Source: the human T2T-CHM13v2.0 reference genome, Homo sapiens
Assembly (NCBI RefSeq): GCF_009914755.1
Contig: NC_060927.1
Direction: 5' to 3' (one strand)
DNA: 64,000 bases
Made by a program: the position numbers and the translations under genes. Numbering within the stretch: position 1 is the stretch's first letter; each line of letters begins with the position of its first letter. The notes below the pieces were generated by a model that was given only the letters and a program-made list of their open reading frames with translations, made no database searches and was not told where the DNA came from. Positions 58,822-64,000 of the stretch are shown here, piece after piece.

Positions 58822-59158
58822 GTATGAGTCCCTTCTTCCCCAGGCAACCTTGGGTTGGTGGAGCCAGGCCCACATGTGCCAGGGATGTGAAAGCTAGAAC
58901 AGCATATAGATTGGCAGGGGCATGGTGTGAAAGACCATGGGGCCGGCTGGGTGACATCATGGGAGGGGTGCCAGAGACGGGGAGGAGGTGCCTGCATGAC
59001 CAGGTGTTTTGCAAGCCCACGTGAGAGGAGTTAACCATGGGTAAGGAAATGCACTGAGTTGGGGGAGGGTGTGTGGATACCCTAGGGGCAGTTTGTCCTT
59101 ATGGGCTCTGAGGGGAGGAGGAAGTGGGCCTGAGCCTTGTCTGGTGGCCCTTCCCCAG

Positions 59159-60025
59159 GTGGTGAGCCTCATCCTGTCAGATGTGGTGGGGGACCCTGTG
59201 GAGGTGATTGCCAGTGGCCCCACCGTGGCCAGTTCCCACAATGTGCAAGATTGCCTGCATATCCTCAATCGCTACGGCCTCCGTGCAGCCCTGCCACGTT
59301 CTGTGAAGACTGTGCTGTCTCGGGCCGACTCTGACCCCCATGGGCCACACACCTGTGGCCATGTCCTGAATGTGATCATTGGCTCTAATGTGCTGGCGCT
59401 AGCTGAGGCCCAGCGGCAGGCCGAGGCACTGGGCTACCAGGCTGTGGTGCTGAGTGCAGCCATGCAAGGTGATGTAAAAAGTATGGCCCAGTTCTACGGG
59501 CTGCTGGCCCATGTGGCTAGAACCCGCCTCACCCCATCCATGGCTGGGGCTTCTGTGGAGGAAGATGCACAGCTCCATGAGCTGGCAGCTGAGCTTCAGA
59601 TCCCAGACCTGCAGCTGGAGGAGGCTCTGGAGACCATGGCATGGGGAAGGGGCCCAGTCTGCCTGCTGGCTGGTGGCGAGCCCACAGTACAGCTGCAGGG
59701 CTCGGGCAGGGGTGGCCGGAACCAGGAACTGGCCCTGCGTGTTGGAGCAGAGTTGAGAAGGTGGCCGCTGGGGCCGATAGATGTGCTGTTTTTGAGCGGT
59801 GGCACCGATGGGCAGGATGGGCCCACAGAGGCTGCTGGGGCCTGGGTCACACCTGAGCTTGCCAGCCAGGCTGCAGCTGAGGGCCTGGACATAGCCACCT
59901 TCCTAGCCCACAATGACTCACATACCTTCTTCTGCTGCCTCCAGGGTGGGGCACACCTGCTGCACACAGGGATGACAGGTACCAATGTCATGGACACCCA
60001 CCTCTTGTTCCTGCGGCCTCGGTGA
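59159..60025 (+). CDS. GLYCTK: GLYCTK last coding exon (MOFRL domain)
   Basis: SDVVGD, IASGPT, GGEPTV, GRGGRNQELAL, GTDGQDGPT, TGTNVMD motifs. Four exons sum to 1572 nt = 523 aa + stop. Confidence 0.97.
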   Translation: MVSLILSDVVGDPVEVIASGPTVASSHNVQDCLHILNRYGLRAALPRSVKTVLSRADSDPHGPHTCGHVLNVIIGSNVLALAEAQRQAEALGYQAVVLSAAMQGDVKSMAQFYGLLAHVARTRLTPSMAGASVEEDAQLHELAAELQIPDLQLEEALETMAWGRGPVCLLAGGEPTVQLQGSGRGGRNQELALRVGAELRRWPLGPIDVLFLSGGTDGQDGPTEAAGAWVTPELASQAAAEGLDIATFLAHNDSHTFFCCLQGGAHLLHTGMTGTNVMDTHLLFLRPR

Positions 60026-60351
60026 TGGCATAGGTCACATTTTGGGAGTTCAGAGGAGGCCTACAAGGGCAAGGTCAGATGGCAGAGCAAGGTTGGTCCT
60101 CAGGGCCTCTCTAAGCCTTAGGGCCCCTCCTCTCCTTGGCCTTGGCTGTTTGGTTAACTGTCACCTTCCACTCAGGGCCTCTGCTCTATATCTATTCCCT
60201 TCCAGCCAGACTGGCAGATGGGGGCTTCCCCCTACCCCTGAGGATGAGGACAAGCCCCTCGGCCAGTTCAGCGTTCCCGTGCTTCTCCCTTGGGCAGCCT
60301 CTCTCTTGAGCCCCTCACCCTGTTTCTTTCTGTGAAGCGAGAATGTCTGAA

Positions 60352-60357
60352 AATAAA
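60352..60357 (+). terminator. Proximal GLYCTK polyadenylation signal AATAAA
   Basis: Canonical hexamer 327 nt after the stop. Confidence 0.7.
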
Positions 60358-61117
60358 TAGGACCATGCCATGGGTTCTCAGTGCGCCTTCCCTCAGAGTG
60401 AGGCCTCACGGGGGAGCCGCTGGGAGGGGAGCGTGGTACGGCTGCAGCCACAGTACCAGGGCCTGGCAGGACTCTTAACACCCCTCTACTGGGCTGGGTA
60501 CGTGCAGGATGTGCCTCGCATAACGGGAGCCTGTGCCCATCCCTCTGGAGTGTGTGAGGGTTGAGCTTGGCTCCTGACAGCTTTGATGTGCGTGAGCAGA
60601 GACCCCAGGGAGGACAGGCCTAAAGACTGCAGTCTGGGGTGACCAGCCACCCACCCACCCAACCATGACTCCACCATGGCACTGTCACCATGGCTTCTCC
60701 AGCCTCAGCTTGTAGGCCTCGTTGGATGGATGTCCTTTCTGTCTTTGGACAGCCCTTAGCCACATACTGCACTTCTGGTTGAGCTGAAGTTTGTCCCACC
60801 CCCCAGTGCTGTTTCCTTGTGACAGCCCTTGTCCTAGGCTGAACATCCCTAGTTCCTTCAGCCACTCCTCTGGGGACCAAGTCCAGACCCTGAAGTCAGC
60901 CCTTCAGTGGGGGTCCCAGCACTGGGATGGTGGGTCCAGCCAGTGATGAGGTCCAGTGACCCACACCTCTTCCTGTGACCACTGGCGGGAGAAGAGGCAA
61001 GTGGGAATAGAGGAACGGCTGTGTTGGCCTGGCCAGCAGCCTGGGTTGAGAGAGGGAGGTGCCACTGTCCTGCCTCCTTTTGAGCCCCCTTGCTCAGTGT
61101 CAGAACCCTCCGCTGGC

Positions 61118-61207
61118 TGTCCCCGCCGTGCGCCACGGCTCCAATCCCTATATGAGTGAGCAGTAGAATCACATAGGAATAAAAAGCCATAGAGAACAGC
61201 GAGGCCT
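61118..61207 (-). ncRNA. MIR135A1: miR-135a-1 precursor hairpin (5p 61191-61169)
   Basis: Minus strand contains UAUGGCUUUUUAUUCCUAUGUGA and the 3p arm UAUAGGGAUUGGAGCCGUGGCG. It needs a minus-strand host transcript antisense to GLYCTK (recalled as GLYCTK-AS1; exons not resolvable here). Confidence 0.99.
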
Positions 61208-62694
61208 GGGGCTGCTCTTGCAGGCACTTCTTCCACCCCAACCCTCCCCTCCTCCCTGAGGGTGTGGAGGGGCCCTGGGCCAGGGCTGGCAGGACTTTCC
61301 CCTGGGAAGGGTTTCCCTTCCCCACCTGGGCTCTGGGCAGCCTAGCTTGCAGACAGTTCATGACCTGGGGGCCTGGCTCACACAGGGCAGGCTGGAGATT
61401 GGGAGGGAGGTAAACGTGGTAAGCGGGCTCTGGGGACCAGGGAGGTTTAGGAAAAGGGGAGCTTGCACCCCACTGGGATGCGCAGGCACCGCTTCCTTTC
61501 CTTCTGTGCTGGCATGGAGTTCCTGCTGACTAGGGTCACAGTCTCTGGGGTTATGGTGATCCTCGCATGATCCTGTGCCGTGGTGCTCCTCTGGCAGCGT
61601 CTACATGTAGCCTGTTCCTGCCTCAGTCCTTGCTCTTGGGAGCATGAGTATTGGCACTGGGTTCCAAGTTCCAGGCAAAAGCAGGATAGGAGAGCTGGGG
61701 CAGGGGCTGCAGGAGCTGAGGGCCTGGCAGCCATGTCCCCAGTGTGTGTGTGGGTGGTAGGTGTGTGAGTATACAGACGTTGGTGTTGGCGTACTCAGAG
61801 TGGGAATGCATCTCTGAGTGTACACATAGATACTTAGTACAGGGCACATGACTCCCTGCATCCCTGCTGAGGGCTTTGGGTATGGATAGGATCTTGCAGG
61901 AGGTTCCCCCTGCTCTACATTGACCCCTTCCCTATACTTCTGTTTGTAGGGGCTGGGAGGCCAGGGCCCGGATTGGACCCCATAGGGCCAAATGGTCTGT
62001 GAGCCTAACCCGTTAGATTTGCTCACTGGATACCCCAGAGATAAGAAAGGATGTATTTGGCCACAGTCTAAATGCTGAGATGAGAAAACCCTGCACAGTG
62101 AATGTTTTGATAGGATTCATTACTTGCTCCATAAATGTCAATTTTGGATCATTGAAGTGCCCGTCCCTTGCTCTTGGCTTCTGTTTCTTCCGGCTGCTGC
62201 TGCCCTCGTGCCCACCTCATCGTCATTTTCTGAAGCTTCCCCTGGCCCAGCTGGAGGATTTCACCATGGAGGGTGTCTGGCCCTGCTGGCTATAGCAACC
62301 CTCACAGGCCTCTCCATTCTCTGCACTTGGCATGAGCCAAGAGCAGTGGGGCAGTGGGCCTGGGCAGCCCTTCAGTGTCAGCTAGTCCCAAGCGTTTGAT
62401 TTATAGTTGGAGATTCAGAGAGAGAAGGTGGCTTACTGGGGACTGTACAGTCCCACATAAGGGCCACAGAACCAGGGTAAGAACCTAGTTGGAACCTGCT
62501 TGACTATCCTCTGCCACTCTCTGGGGCTCAGATACCCTGGGGCCAAGCAAGGGCTCAGCCAGATCCAGGGGATCTACTTCTGCTTCCCCACTGCCCCTCA
62601 AGGGCTTGGGATGGCGACACAACCATGCTTGGCCTCTCCAGGGATCCACACAGCAGATGTGTTGGAACCTTCTTGTCTCAGAGGGACAGCTCCA

Positions 62695-62840
62695 TTGTGT
62701 GTGTGATTTGGCAGAAAACCATGCGCAGTTGAGTGGTGGGCTTCTACATAAATGTGTGTCTGCATCTGTATGCACATCTGTGTGTGTGTGCATGTGTGCG
62801 TGTGCATGAATATATGTATAAGCATGTGTATGTGTAGTGC
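62695..62840. repeat. TG-rich alternating purine-pyrimidine low-complexity tract
   Basis: tgtgtgtgtgcatgtgtgcgtgtgcatg... Confidence 0.85.
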
Positions 62841-64000
62841 AGCCCACAGCCAGTCTCTGAGCTCTGCTGTGCCCCATCCCAGGGTGGAGACACACAGGTG
62901 TAGTTAGAGTGTAGGGGATACAATGAGCAAGTTGGGCAAGAAGGCCCAGAAGACTGGCAGAGGCTAGTGTGCCTGGCCGAGGGAGTTGACTTCACATTGA
63001 CATCAGTGGCAAACCTCATGAAGATTTTGGCAGGGAATAATGTCATGAAGCTGTTTTGGGACTTTAATGCTGAGAGCCAGCTTCCTTACAGCAGAGGGCG
63101 GGGGTTGGGGGCATGCAAGGAGATGGAAGGGGTTGCAGATAGGAGAGGTGCATTACCAGGCTCTGAGACCCTCTCCCACCTCCCCTATGCAGCCTCAGCT
63201 CCAAAGCCTTTAGCCAGCCCAGGGAACCCTTTAGATGCCTGCTTTGGAACCAAGGCCGAAAGCCCTGGCTCAAACACTGTTGGGAGTAACTGAGCCCATC
63301 TGTCTCTGGGAATGCCTCAGGGTGTTGAGGATTTGTGGGGGCAGAGGCTGGGCAGCTAGTGGACAGTTTGGTGGGCATAGGGACCCCACTCATGTAGGAT
63401 CTCACGAGGGTGGCATTTAAGTGGCTTGGAAGGAGCACTGGAGTAGGAGTCAGGTGGTAAGTCCGAGTCCTGGCCTTCCCACCTTCCTTTCTCCAGGCCT
63501 GTTTTCTCATCTGTTTAATGGGGAAAACATCCTTGCCCTATCATCTCTTTAGGAAGGTATCAGCGGCAGGTGGATCTGTGCGGGAAAGCTCTGTGGAAGT
63601 GGGGAGCTCAGGGAGGGAGAGAAAGAAGGTAGAGGTGTTGGCCTCTTCCAAGGGGAATCTCAGGGAGCTCTTGGCTCAGGGAGGCCCTCTTCTCCCATGG
63701 TAGGACCAGAGTTAGAGCCAGCGGGACCTTGGCGCTCACTGACTGAGGCTGAGTGAGCAACCTGCTGGCCTCTGGCACTAGGCAGGCACCAGCAGGGAAT
63801 GGTATCTGAGTCTTTAATGGCCAGTAGGGTGTACAGTGCCCTGGGAGATCACGGAGCTGATGGATGATCGCCTGGAGTCAGAGTGAGCTGAGCCGCCTGG
63901 AAGAGAGCCCCCTAATGTCTCTGGAAAATGGGTAGGGCAACCTGCCTCCCTCTGGGTCTGGGTCATGTGCGAGGGGCATGATGAGGCCCAGACTGAGGTG

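Noticed and set aside
59069-59158. N-terminal 30 aa of the 318-aa ORF
   Set aside because: Intronic sequence upstream of the ccccag acceptor at 59158 that happens to be open; non-ATG start.

Overview
Human genomic DNA that I recognise as the 3p21 locus TWF2 - PPM1M - WDR82 - GLYCTK, from exon translations and two miRNA hairpins. Left to right: exons 2 and 1 of TWF2 (minus strand; the rest of the gene lies left of the window); the complete 10-exon PPM1M CDS (plus; hand-spliced to 1380 nt = 459 aa); the complete 9-exon WDR82 CDS (minus; 942 nt = 313 aa) with pre-let-7g in intron 2; the complete GLYCTK CDS (plus; 4 coding exons, 1572 nt = 523 aa); and pre-miR-135a-1 on the minus strand just 3' of GLYCTK. 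All coding introns are GT-AG and in phase. The spacer DNA is very Alu-dense, with L1, L2, MIR, ERV1 LTR and DNA-transposon remnants, and most ORFs in the supplied track are Alu or CpG-island artefacts. I found no evidence of a new multi-gene system. The best leads are small cis-features: a splice acceptor that doubles as the twinfilin-2b N-terminus behind a muscle-type internal promoter; strong-Kozak uORFs in GLYCTK (in frame, possibly switching mitochondrial vs cytosolic starts) and in WDR82; a perfect antisense miR-135a site carrying AATAAA downstream of GLYCTK; competing acceptors that would delete the PPM1M catalytic Asp pair; and an unexplained 65-nt ungapped repeat in two consecutive WDR82 introns. 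Repeat family names are from memory of consensus sequences and repeat boundaries are approximate.
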